A stretch of DNA of 51,421 nucleotides from Pirellulales bacterium (GTDB lineage Bacteria > Planctomycetota > Planctomycetia > Pirellulales > UBA1268): contig JAUMAF010000151.1 in NCBI GenBank assembly GCA_032117045.1, positions 1 through 51,421 on the forward strand, read 5' to 3'. Positions 1 through 8,502 of the stretch are shown here, in pieces (positions within the stretch are counted from its first letter, which is position 1; every line of letters starts with the position of its first letter). The notes under the pieces were generated by a model that was not told the origin of the DNA, did not search any database, and worked only from the letters and a program-made list of their open reading frames with translations. A program made the translations under genes and the position numbers.

Positions 1-1
1 G

Positions 2-436
2 AACGACACGCTGGCCACGCATCGGATGCTCAGGTCGGGCTGGCTCGACACCGAGGACCTGGCCTCGACCGACGAAGATGGCTTCCTCTGGTTCGCGGGC
101 AGGCAGAAGGACATGATCTCGCGCGGAGGGTTTAAGGTGGCCCCGGCGATGGTGGAGGACGCGATCCTCTCGCATCCCGGCGTGGCGACCGCCGCGGTGG
201 TGGGGGCCTCGGATGAACGCGAGGGCCAGGTGCCCGTGGCGTTCTACGAACTCCGCCCAAGCGCCGTCGATCCCGGCGCGGAGGCCTTGGCCGCCTGGGC
301 CGCCGCCCGCCTGGAACCGCTTTCGGTGCCCGTCAGCTTTTTTCGCGTCGACCGCTGGCCACTCACAGCCCAGGGCAAACTCGACCGCGCTCGGTTGGTG
401 TGGATGGCCGACTTTGGCGACGGCCGGGAACTCTGA
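2..436 (+). CDS. AMP-binding enzyme / acyl-CoA synthetase, C-terminal part (5' truncated by window edge)
   Basis: GWLDTEDL, GRQKDMISRGG and WPLTAQGKLDR match adenylate-forming enzyme motifs A7/A8/A10; frame is open back to position 2. Confidence 0.9.
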   Translation, partial: NDTLATHRMLRSGWLDTEDLASTDEDGFLWFAGRQKDMISRGGFKVAPAMVEDAILSHPGVATAAVVGASDEREGQVPVAFYELRPSAVDPGAEALAAWAAARLEPLSVPVSFFRVDRWPLTAQGKLDRARLVWMADFGDGREL

Positions 437-466
437 GACAGGCGGCTTGTCGCAACCACGTGATCG
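387..466 (+). repeat. 80-bp direct repeat, copy 1 (last 16 codons and stop of the acyl-CoA synthetase gene plus 30 bp of 3' flank)
   Basis: gcgctcggttggtgtgg...gcaaccacgtgatcg; manual alignment to 5218-5297 gives 78/80 identity. Confidence 0.97.
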
Positions 467-578
467 GCTTCATGATCACCGTCGGCTTGACGGCTTCGGA
501 CCAGCAGGTGTGTCTACCAAGAGATTCGTCAGGGAGGGGAGCGGGCGGTCACGTGGACCAAGCCGCTGTCCGGCTCCC

Positions 579-2237
579 TCAATCCCTATGCCGCAGGTCG
601 ATGGCACCGAGGCTCGGAAAGCTGAAGAACTCCGCGGGACCCACTCCATGCCGCTCGGCGGCACGTTCGAGGTAGTCAAACTGTTCATCGGTGGGATCGC
701 CAACGACACACGATTGTGGATGGCGCTCGGCTGCCGACAGAATAATCTCTGCAAGGCACGTGAAGTTGACCTCATTGTCGCGATTCGCCGCGGTGAACAG
801 CCCCATCTCGAACGGACAATGGAGCCCTGGAATCCGGGTCAGGCACTTGACGACCCTCAGGTCTGGTCTGATGGCGAGCACGGACTGATCGACATTTTCC
901 GGCTGCGCATCGTCAAGGATCACGGTATTCATCCCAAAGTCGTCAGCCTCCAAAATGCCTCCGAGCGCATTGGTCACACAGACGACGATTGCCGCCTCCT
1001 TGATTTCCTTTTTGAGCGTCGTGAGCCGATGCACCGCCGGATTCCAGCCGGGAATCTCCGGGATCTTGCTCACTTGCTGCGGTAACTCGACCGCCAAAAC
1101 CCTCCGCAAGGGATTGCGCTTGAACATGCACCGCAGGGCCGCACGGCCCGTGGAGCCCGCCGCCCCCATCACGGCGACCACGCCATCAGCCCCGATTTCA
1201 TTCTCGATGTCCTCGACCATCTGTGCGATCGTCAGGGCCGTGAACCCATGGCCGGTGGTGATCGCCATGTTCGGCCTGGCCTGCTTAAGGAGCCTGCCCT
1301 GCCTCGAGATCGAAGGGATCAAGGCGCCGAGACTCACGAAGTGTGCCTGGCGATGTTCCGCGTAATCGAGAACGTGGATCAGGGAGTCCCTGGCGTCGGA
1401 GAGCCCTTCAAACATTTCTTGCGGGGCATACGGAATCGAAACCAACTCTCCTCGGAGCATGCGACCCCCGATCGGAACCTCGATGGAACCCAACACCGTG
1501 CACATCGGCTGGATGGTGGCAACAATATCCGCCGTCAGCCCTCGCATCAGCGGAAATGGCCGCCGCTTGTCGACGATCGCGCGGGGATGGATCACGTGCA
1601 TGAAGTCGAGCGGGCCGTCGTATTTCGGACGGAGCGATTCGATCGTGGTGACCAAGGCAGTCCGCTTCCAGCCACTCGCAAACACCACGGGCTGCTCAGG
1701 CTGAAGCGCCGCAGACCCCTTTCGATACCGCCGATTCCAGAAGGTCGTCTTTGCGAGGTCAATTTCCCACGACTTGCTGTGCAGCACCTCCGTGCCAAAC
1801 GTGACAGCCACGGTTGTGGCGATCGAAGAGGCATAGTCACGCTGCCAATGACCAACGTCACCGCTTTCCTCCGTGGCCCTCTTCACGGCCAGCGTGATGG
1901 AGACGGCAGCATTACTCTCGGTGAGCTCGCCGCCACACGCATCCTCAGGCAGAGCGTCTTCGAGCGGACGCGAGATGATGACTTCGCTCCGGTCCCAGCG
2001 TGCCACCATGCACTCGACAAACTCGTCTCGCTGAGACTCAAAATGAGCGCCCACCAGCGGCCGTAATGCCGATGCAAGCAGTTTGAGGTCGATCGCGTCG
2101 GCCAGATGGAGGAAGTCCATACGGCCGTAGATGCCTTCTCGAGATCCCTCTTGGCTTCTCTCGTCCGCGGGGCTCGCCGGGGATTGGTCTGTTGCTTTGA
2201 CAGCCTCGTGCATGGTTTTCGTTCTGATGGGGCACAT
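579..2237 (-). CDS. NAD(P)-dependent reductase of the acyl-ACP reductase / COG5322-like fold with an unassigned ~190-aa N-terminal domain
   Basis: VSLGAL, ITTGHGFTA, Rossmann VAVMGAAGSTG, ILDDAQPENV and FTCLAEIIL parallel cyanobacterial AAR motifs; GGAGGG RBS before ATG 2237. Confidence 0.7.
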   Translation of the reverse strand: MCPIRTKTMHEAVKATDQSPASPADERSQEGSREGIYGRMDFLHLADAIDLKLLASALRPLVGAHFESQRDEFVECMVARWDRSEVIISRPLEDALPEDACGGELTESNAAVSITLAVKRATEESGDVGHWQRDYASSIATTVAVTFGTEVLHSKSWEIDLAKTTFWNRRYRKGSAALQPEQPVVFASGWKRTALVTTIESLRPKYDGPLDFMHVIHPRAIVDKRRPFPLMRGLTADIVATIQPMCTVLGSIEVPIGGRMLRGELVSIPYAPQEMFEGLSDARDSLIHVLDYAEHRQAHFVSLGALIPSISRQGRLLKQARPNMAITTGHGFTALTIAQMVEDIENEIGADGVVAVMGAAGSTGRAALRCMFKRNPLRRVLAVELPQQVSKIPEIPGWNPAVHRLTTLKKEIKEAAIVVCVTNALGGILEADDFGMNTVILDDAQPENVDQSVLAIRPDLRVVKCLTRIPGLHCPFEMGLFTAANRDNEVNFTCLAEIILSAAERHPQSCVVGDPTDEQFDYLERAAERHGVGPAEFFSFPSLGAIDLRHRD

Positions 2238-2257
2238 CGATTACCCTCCAGAGTCGA

Positions 2258-4312
2258 TCAGTCCTTTCCCATCGCCTCGTAAGCAAATCTGGAGGCCTTT
2301 GCTTTGATCAACTTTTCGAGATAGGTGAGGAATTCGATTTTGACGGACGTGTTCTCCTCCGACATGGTGGCGAGGACGGCGAAGGCCATCTCGTCATCCG
2401 TGCCTTCACCAAGGAACACCGTCTTCTCCGGGCCGGGCGGACGTCGCGGATTCCCTGCTGAGTTGTCGAAGATTGCCTCCACATGCAGCGTGGAGCCCTT
2501 CTTCATCGGATACGGTTCCTTCGGCTGGTAGCGGTGCTGCCAGTTGAAGTCGTAGTCCTTGACCTCAAGCAACAGGATCCTCTCCGACGAGCCAACTGGC
2601 TGGTGCCAGACTCGAAACTCCTTGCCAAGCCGGTGCATGTGGGGAGAAATCAGCCACAGCAGACAGTCGTTCGCCACCTCGCGGGAGCCGGTGGTTTTGA
2701 AATGAGCGTCACCTTTCGGGATCAGCCTGAAATCAGTGTCGATCATGCCGCCCGTGGAATAGAGCCGGGGAGGCTTCTTGTCGAGCCAGATGCCGAGTCG
2801 GGTGGAATCATCGATCTCCGGCCGTCCTGTTCGGGTGTAGTGGATTTGGACGCCGATATCGGACTGCGGCGGAATCACCCGCCTGGCTTCGTGTGGGTAT
2901 TCAAGAGCCCCCACCCCGGGGACCCATCCCATGAAGTTGCCACCGGGGTTGTCTCGGTTCCGTATGACTTTCGTTGGGTCGGGGATGAAACCAAGCCCCA
3001 TCCCCGACTCGTATCCAGGCCCGTAGTCCTCATCGCCGGTGCCACGCGGGTGTGGTGTTCCCAGCCGTTTCTGGGCGTCGATCAGAAGGCCGGTGCCATC
3101 GTAGAAGGCCAGTGCATGGTGGATCGCCCGCCGGTTTCCTGGGAGGAACTCGGCCTTTTCGAGGTAGAGTTCCTGCTCGTTGCCCATGGGAAATACGATG
3201 GTGCGGTAGTGGTCCTCGCCCTGGGCGGCGAGATGAATGGCTTCCGGCACCGTGAACACGAGGTCTGGCGGACGGGAGTCGTGCCATTCGTCAGGGTCGT
3301 CGAAGACGAGCGGCGGGGGCGCGTCGGCCGGATTTCCTCGGGGGCAGCCTTCGTCCACCCAGCGGCCGATGAGTTCGATTTCCGCGGGCTTGAGGGCAAG
3401 GTCGTTTTTAAGAGGAAGCCCGCCGGTCACGGGCCAGGGAGGCATCAGTCGATCTGCGGTGTAGGTCTTGATGTCGGCCGCCCACTGCAACGCATGGTCG
3501 AACGATACGAGCGAGAATGGCGCCACGTCTCCGGGATGGTGGCATCGCTGGCAGTGCTGCTGGAGAAGCGGTTCGATATCGTGATGAAACTCGACGCTGC
3601 CGTGCTCAACAACCGGTCTGTCGGCGGGTTCCAGCGGGCAGCCGATCGGGGTCGTCTCCTTGAGCACGACGGCCCGACCAGCCACGATGGCGGAGATCGC
3701 ATCGGCGAGATAGGTGGCGTCGGCCTTCGGCTGGCGGACGAGCCGACTCGTGTACTGGTTGTCGATTGATCCGGAATACCGCAGCACCCGGTTCCGGTCG
3801 AGGAGAAACACCTGCGGCGTGACCGTCGCCAGAAAATGTGCCGCCGCACGTTTCTGGGGATCGAAAAACACCCGGCATGCGATGCCAGACTCGGCGATGT
3901 GACCATCCACCTCGGCTGCGTCGGCCGCGTCGCAGACCACCGCGATGAATGCCACCCCGTGATCGCCAAAGCGGGCAGCGAGGGTATTGATCACCGGCAC
4001 GCACTGATTCGAGATGGGACAGTTGAAATTAAGAAACGCTACGACGGTCGCCCGTCCGCCATCTGCCTCAGCCAACGACCACCGTGCCCCAGCCGTGTCA
4101 TGCAGATCGATCGGAGATACGACCCGCCCGATGCGGCTCCACGAGGCTGCAGCGATCGCTGCAGCCTCGTCGGGCTCGCCACCACGGGCCGTTCCGGCCA
4201 GCGAGATCACCAGGCTGGCCCCGAAGACCAAGGCCGCGAGCAGCACCGCCGCCATGGGAAAAAGCCGGCGCGGCGTGGAAACACTGGCGGGCGAACAGGG
4301 GGTTTTGCCCAT
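2258..4312 (-). CDS. Secreted redoxin (AhpC/TSA) + heme c + copper type II monooxygenase-like multidomain protein
   Basis: Signal/TM segment; NCPIS and TPQVFLLD...YSGSIDNQY redoxin motifs; CQRCH heme motif; HHAL, IHY, HMH and DEM copper ligands; start 4312 chosen for GAGGA RBS (track start 4330). Confidence 0.85.
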   Translation of the reverse strand: MGKTPCSPASVSTPRRLFPMAAVLLAALVFGASLVISLAGTARGGEPDEAAAIAAASWSRIGRVVSPIDLHDTAGARWSLAEADGGRATVVAFLNFNCPISNQCVPVINTLAARFGDHGVAFIAVVCDAADAAEVDGHIAESGIACRVFFDPQKRAAAHFLATVTPQVFLLDRNRVLRYSGSIDNQYTSRLVRQPKADATYLADAISAIVAGRAVVLKETTPIGCPLEPADRPVVEHGSVEFHHDIEPLLQQHCQRCHHPGDVAPFSLVSFDHALQWAADIKTYTADRLMPPWPVTGGLPLKNDLALKPAEIELIGRWVDEGCPRGNPADAPPPLVFDDPDEWHDSRPPDLVFTVPEAIHLAAQGEDHYRTIVFPMGNEQELYLEKAEFLPGNRRAIHHALAFYDGTGLLIDAQKRLGTPHPRGTGDEDYGPGYESGMGLGFIPDPTKVIRNRDNPGGNFMGWVPGVGALEYPHEARRVIPPQSDIGVQIHYTRTGRPEIDDSTRLGIWLDKKPPRLYSTGGMIDTDFRLIPKGDAHFKTTGSREVANDCLLWLISPHMHRLGKEFRVWHQPVGSSERILLLEVKDYDFNWQHRYQPKEPYPMKKGSTLHVEAIFDNSAGNPRRPPGPEKTVFLGEGTDDEMAFAVLATMSEENTSVKIEFLTYLEKLIKAKASRFAYEAMGKD

Positions 4313-4333
4313 GGTGTTCCTCATCAGCAACGC

Positions 4334-5101
4334 CTACTTCGCCACCTCCATGTGATACACAAACTTGAACGCACGTCCGAGCGGTCCGAGCCCCTCCGTG
4401 ACTGTGTCGACCCGCAACACGCTCAGCGTCAGGGGATCAAAGAGAAACTTGGCGGTCTTGCTGACCGTCTCGGAGTTCGGGATCAGCGGGTTTTTTTCCT
4501 GGTCACGATCAGAGCGAATCACCCAACAGTTGGTCCCGTTGTAGATCTCCGAGCCGATCACCTCGAGGTGGCAGGTGCCCGGCAACGAACTCGTCACTGG
4601 CTCGGAAAGCCATTTCGTGCCGACCTTCAGGCTCCCCGGGAAGATGTAGTGCTCGGTTTCGTGGTTGATTTCCTGAGGCTTTCCGTCGGTCCCCTGAATC
4701 GCGTCCAGCACGAGGCCCCGGTCCTCGTCTTGATGGAAGAGTTCGTACCTGACGGAATCTTCGAAGTCCTTCTTGAACTTGTTTCGCCCGGCGAAACTTG
4801 GCTTCGCGTCGTCGGCGTCGGAATGGATGGCATGGGTCTCGACCTTGAAGGCATGTTCTGCAGTCCCTTCCTTGCGCTCGACGATCGACCAGGTCTGTGT
4901 GAGCAGATCGTGCCCCGCGAGTTTGCCCTCGACGAAGTAGAGCACGTGCCCCGCATACTTGACCGGTTCGTGGTCGTGCACCAGTCCGATCTGATTCGAT
5001 GGCTGCCCCATGCCCGAAGGCTCTTCGGCCCCGATCAGCTCACCAGCCGCAATCAACCCTGCCGACGCGACGACCAACCCAAGCCAGCGATGCAAGACCA
5101 T
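4334..5101 (-). CDS. Hypothetical secreted protein (255 aa)
   Basis: N-terminal hydrophobic signal peptide, coding-like codon usage, co-oriented and adjacent to the redoxin gene. Confidence 0.75.
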   Translation of the reverse strand: MVLHRWLGLVVASAGLIAAGELIGAEEPSGMGQPSNQIGLVHDHEPVKYAGHVLYFVEGKLAGHDLLTQTWSIVERKEGTAEHAFKVETHAIHSDADDAKPSFAGRNKFKKDFEDSVRYELFHQDEDRGLVLDAIQGTDGKPQEINHETEHYIFPGSLKVGTKWLSEPVTSSLPGTCHLEVIGSEIYNGTNCWVIRSDRDQEKNPLIPNSETVSKTAKFLFDPLTLSVLRVDTVTEGLGPLGRAFKFVYHMEVAK

Positions 5102-5217
5102 GAACCTGTCTCCACGAGAGTAATGGCGAACGTTTCTAGGAATTTATAGATCTAGCAGAATGGCTTCTTTCTTGCCTCCTCAGCAGAATCTGTGCGTTAA
5201 TCCCAGCTGTGCAATAG

Positions 5218-5297
5218 GCGCTCGGTTGGTGTGGATGGTCGACTTCGGCGACGGCCGGGAACTCTGAGACAGGCGGCTTGTCGCAACCACGTGATCG
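5218..5297 (+). repeat. 80-bp direct repeat, copy 2 (orphan 3' end of the acyl-CoA synthetase gene, encodes ...LVWMVDFGDGREL*)
   Basis: 78/80 identical to 387-466; ends 7 bp before the hydrolase ATG. Confidence 0.97.
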
Positions 5298-5304
5298 CCT
5301 GCCA

Positions 5305-6069
5305 ATGAGAACCCGCCGCATGCTCTGGACCCTGCTCACGATCGCAATCGGCGGCTACGCCGGGCTTTGCCTCGTCTTCTTCGTTTTTCAGCGGTCATTC
5401 ATCTACATGCCGACCCCGGTGACGCACGCCCACGCGGCGGCGTTTACGCTCGAGGTGCCCGGTGCCACGGTGCGGGTTTCTACGAGGGCTCATGACGGCC
5501 CCAAGGCCCTGCTGTTTTTCGGAGGCAACGCGGAGGACGTGGCCTACACGGTGCCGGAACTGGCTGAAGTGTTTCCGGATCGGGCCATCTACGGCATGCA
5601 CTACCGCGGCTACAGCGGCAGTTCCGGCCACCCTTCGGAAACAGCGCTGCGGAGCGACGCCCGAGCCCTCTTCACTCTCGTTCATGCCCGCCATCCAGAC
5701 GTGATCGTCGTGGGCCGCAGCCTCGGCAGCAGTCTCGCGATCCAACTGGCGGCCGAGGAGCCCGTCTCACGGCTCGTCCTGATCACGCCTTTCGAGAGTA
5801 TCCTTTCGATCGCAAAGCGGACGGCCCCCTTCCTGCCAATGAGCCTTCTGCTTCACGACAGGTACGAGTCGTGGCGATACGCCCCCCGCGTGAACTGCCC
5901 CACGCTCCTGATCGCCGCCTCTCACGACGAACTCGTGCCGCTCGCCGACACGCAGAGGCTCATCGCAGGCTTCCCACCCAACGTGGCCGCGCTGCGGGTG
6001 ATCGAGGGCACTGACCACAACTCGGTGTCAGGCGAGGCTGAATTCTGGGAGGTGATGACCAACCCGTAG
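5305..6069 (+). CDS. Membrane-anchored alpha/beta hydrolase (ABHD/Bem46-like)
   Basis: N-terminal TM, FFGGNAE, YRGYSGSSG, nucleophile GRSLG, DELVP, DHN. Confidence 0.9.
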   Translation: MRTRRMLWTLLTIAIGGYAGLCLVFFVFQRSFIYMPTPVTHAHAAAFTLEVPGATVRVSTRAHDGPKALLFFGGNAEDVAYTVPELAEVFPDRAIYGMHYRGYSGSSGHPSETALRSDARALFTLVHARHPDVIVVGRSLGSSLAIQLAAEEPVSRLVLITPFESILSIAKRTAPFLPMSLLLHDRYESWRYAPRVNCPTLLIAASHDELVPLADTQRLIAGFPPNVAALRVIEGTDHNSVSGEAEFWEVMTNP

Positions 6070-6092
6070 ATTCCGCGCCGGGGGCCGCAGGC

Positions 6093-6530
6093 TCAGAACT
6101 CTTTCGCGGCGTCTTGAACGGCCTTTCGCACATCGTCCCACGCAGCCTGCGCACCCTTCTCCATGTGCCCCCACGCCTCGCCAGTGGATTTGCGAACCTC
6201 GTCCAACTTGTCGCGGGCTGCCTGCTGCTTGGCCTCGAGGTCAGCCATCTTCTCTTTCCAGCGGGCCTTGGCCGCATCCTTCAGGGCGTGGCCTTTTTCA
6301 TGAAGCCTTTCAATTTCCTTCTCCATCTCTGCGAGGCTGGCCTTGAGGCGCATCTCAAAATCTTCCTTTGCCTGTGCGGCAGCGTGTGCGGAGGTGTCGA
6401 CAGCCTGCTCCGCGTCGCGACGGACATCCTCGGTCGTGACTTTCCGCACCGTGTGCTCGACCGGTGCCTCCATGCAGCCATTGCAGGTCACAAGAACCGC
6501 TGCACTGAGCAGCCACCAGGAACGAGGCAT
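6093..6530 (-). CDS. Small coiled-coil probable lipoprotein (sll1863-like stress protein)
   Basis: Lipobox-like VTCNGC, amphipathic helices, AW..M.KG..AAWDDV C-terminus, GAGGTG RBS. Confidence 0.75.
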   Translation of the reverse strand: MPRSWWLLSAAVLVTCNGCMEAPVEHTVRKVTTEDVRRDAEQAVDTSAHAAAQAKEDFEMRLKASLAEMEKEIERLHEKGHALKDAAKARWKEKMADLEAKQQAARDKLDEVRKSTGEAWGHMEKGAQAAWDDVRKAVQDAAKEF

Positions 6531-6930
6531 GGGCTCACCTCATGGAGGACGACGACGATGGATTCCGTGCGAGTCGCATTCGAATGGACCCGCTCACAGC
6601 AGCCGGCATGATGCAGACGAAAGGATAGCGACGACCTCGCTGAAACCACGATGCGCGCTTCCCAGTGCGGATTTGAGACGAGCGGCATGCCGGACACTTC
6701 CTTCACATCGCGGCGAAAAAGCGCCGAAAGGTTCTGCACCCGGCCGCATTCGGTGAACTGCGGATAGTGTCTCCCGGCAGCGAAATGTGTCCCATCCGGT
6801 AGATTCCGGAAAACAAGCATCTCCACGACGCTCTTCGTCGCTCCAGCGCCCAGCGCTGCTAACGTTGCCTTGACCGATTCGGTTCATCCGTTGAACCGAC
6901 GGCTTTTTTTCTTTGAGAGGTACCTGACCC

Positions 6931-7473
6931 ATGAAGAGTTTCCTGTTGACATGTGCCCTTGCGACGGTGGCACTGCTTGGGGTCAGCATGGCTGCGACCG
7001 ATGCGTATGCGGAACCCGGCAGCGAGCGAGCTGCCGGCACTCCGGGAGCGACGAAAGACGTCGTTGTAACTGCAGTGGAGGCCGGCCACTTCAAGACGCT
7101 TGTCAAAGCTCTCGAAGCAGCCGGCCTTGTCGAGACCCTGAAGGGCAAGGGCCCCTTCACCGTGTTTGCGCCCTCTGACGAGGCGTTTGCGAAACTGCCT
7201 TCGGGGACCGTGGAAAACCTGCTCAAGCCGGAAAACAAGGAGAAGCTGAAGGCGATTCTGTTGATGCACGTAGTACCCGAGGATCTCCTCATCGCTGATG
7301 TGAAGAAGATCAAGGACGCCAAGACGGCCGGCGGGGCCAAGCTCGACGTGACGCATCATCTCCTGACTGGTGTGCACATCGGCACCGCCAAGGAGATGGC
7401 TCATGTCCAGAACTCGGACATCCACGCCTCCAATGGCGTGATTCACGTCATCGACAAGGTGATCCTGCCGTAG
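6931..7473 (+). CDS. Fasciclin (FAS1) domain protein
   Basis: Signal peptide; [17 protein letters not shown] (H1) and [15 protein letters not shown] (H2) motifs. Confidence 0.95.
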   Translation: MKSFLLTCALATVALLGVSMAATDAYAEPGSERAAGTPGATKDVVVTAVEAGHFKTLVKALEAAGLVETLKGKGPFTVFAPSDEAFAKLPSGTVENLLKPENKEKLKAILLMHVVPEDLLIADVKKIKDAKTAGGAKLDVTHHLLTGVHIGTAKEMAHVQNSDIHASNGVIHVIDKVILP

Positions 7474-7514
7474 AGTCCGACCGTCCCAGCCTCGCACGGC
7501 AAAAGCACAAAACA

Positions 7515-7552
7515 CGTGCCCTGCGCGACAGGATTCCGTCGCGCAGGGCACG
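7515..7552. terminator. Perfect 15-bp GC-rich hairpin downstream of the fasciclin gene
   Basis: cgtgccctgcgcgac / gtcgcgcagggcacg, loop aggattcc; A-tract on the left side gives a U-tract on the minus strand. Confidence 0.65.
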
Positions 7553-7670
7553 GGTGAGCGGAGGCGAGAGTCAGACCGCTGCTCTGCTCGTCAGGGCCGG
7601 AAGAGTTTCCGAATGTTTGGGGAAGGACTCCGTGAGGGCATTTCTAATCTTCTTGACTAAGGAGTGAACT

Positions 7671-7838
7671 GTGAGTCCGATCGTAACGATCCTTGTCGTG
7701 ATTTTGATCCTGTCGCTGCTGGGCGGCGGCTACGGTTTCCGGAGCGGCAACACCGTTCTGGGCGCGGGAGGCGGAATCGTTGGTCTGATCCTGCTGATCC
7801 TGCTGATCCTTGCCTTGCTGGGGCGTCTACCGTTGTGA
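7671..7838 (+). CDS. 55-aa two-TM small membrane protein, DUF3309-like (absent from the ORF track)
   Basis: AAGGAG RBS then GTG; translates to MSPIVTILVVILILSLLGGGYGFRSGNTVLGAGGGIVGLILLILLILALLGRLPL. Confidence 0.85.
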   Translation: MSPIVTILVVILILSLLGGGYGFRSGNTVLGAGGGIVGLILLILLILALLGRLPL

Positions 7839-7864
7839 ACGGCCCTGTGCATCTGCGGGGCCGT
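7839..7864. terminator. Hairpin between convergent genes
   Basis: acggccctg / cggggccgt stem directly after the small ORF stop. Confidence 0.45.
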
Positions 7865-7921
7865 CTACTTCGTATTTTCGGGAGTCGTGACGACCACCCG
7901 TCGGTAGCCGGCGGATGATCC

Positions 7922-8374
7922 TCATGTGATCATCGCCTTGCAGGCATCGTGGCACTTCCTGCAGGTCGCGGCACATGCCTGGCAGCAGGGCTCGGCGCCG
8001 CATGCGCGAGTCGAGTTCGTGCAGTGGCGATCACGCGCGAAGACGAACACCTCTTCGCCTGTGACTGTGCTGATGTCGTGGTGCATGCTGACGCATGCCA
8101 ACTCGGTCGCCTGCTCCACGAGTGCGTCGATCCGCAGGCGGGATGCCTCCAGCATGTAGGTGCGGACGCTTTTGAGCATATCGCGGCCTTTTTCAGTGGG
8201 CTGCACCGCGGCGAGGCTCACTTCCGCCGGCGTGAGAATGCCCTGCTGGCGGACGAGCAGCAGGTTGCCGAAGAGGTGCGTGCGGATCTCCTTGGGACCG
8301 CGGCCCATGAAGTCCTGCATGAAACGAGCGATGCCCTCACAGACGGCCGCCTCGACTTCGCCCCTGGTTTTCAT
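7922..8374 (-). CDS. DUF2294 (MpsC family) protein with an atypical Cys-rich C-terminal tail
   Basis: MKTRGEVEAAV...MGRGPK...GILTPAE...SMHHDISTVTGEEVFVF is the DUF2294 pattern; start moved to ATG 8374. Confidence 0.85.
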   Translation of the reverse strand: MKTRGEVEAAVCEGIARFMQDFMGRGPKEIRTHLFGNLLLVRQQGILTPAEVSLAAVQPTEKGRDMLKSVRTYMLEASRLRIDALVEQATELACVSMHHDISTVTGEEVFVFARDRHCTNSTRACGAEPCCQACAATCRKCHDACKAMIT

Positions 8375-8502
8375 GCTGCATTCGTCCCTTGAGGCCGCAC
8401 AAGTCCGGCGGCAGAATGCCGCGTTCGCTTCGTCTATGATCGTTGGAGAGTCGCCGCACCACATCAGCCCAGCAGACCTCGCGCATCCCAGGAGCACCGA
8501 CC

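Larger units (their letters stand above)
467..5217. mobile_element. Putative inserted cassette (small genomic islet) bounded by 80-bp direct repeats; no recombinase inside
   Basis: Flanked by the direct repeats; three co-oriented minus-strand genes; hand-counted 60-bp samples (841, 901, 1741) are 53-57% GC versus 70% in the upstream gene (121, 301). Confidence 0.65.

Noticed and set aside
387-466. 80-bp repeat as an integron attC site or CRISPR repeat
   Set aside because: GTT and AAC boxes are in the wrong order for attC on both strands; only two copies 4.75 kb apart; the repeat is mostly coding sequence.
7784-7810. Tandem ctgatcctg repeats
   Set aside because: They encode LIL-LIL-LIL in a transmembrane helix; length is a multiple of three and there is no sign of phase variation.
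7664-7918. 84-aa ORF from the track
   Set aside because: Overlaps the better supported 55-aa membrane ORF in another frame and its start lies within that gene's RBS.
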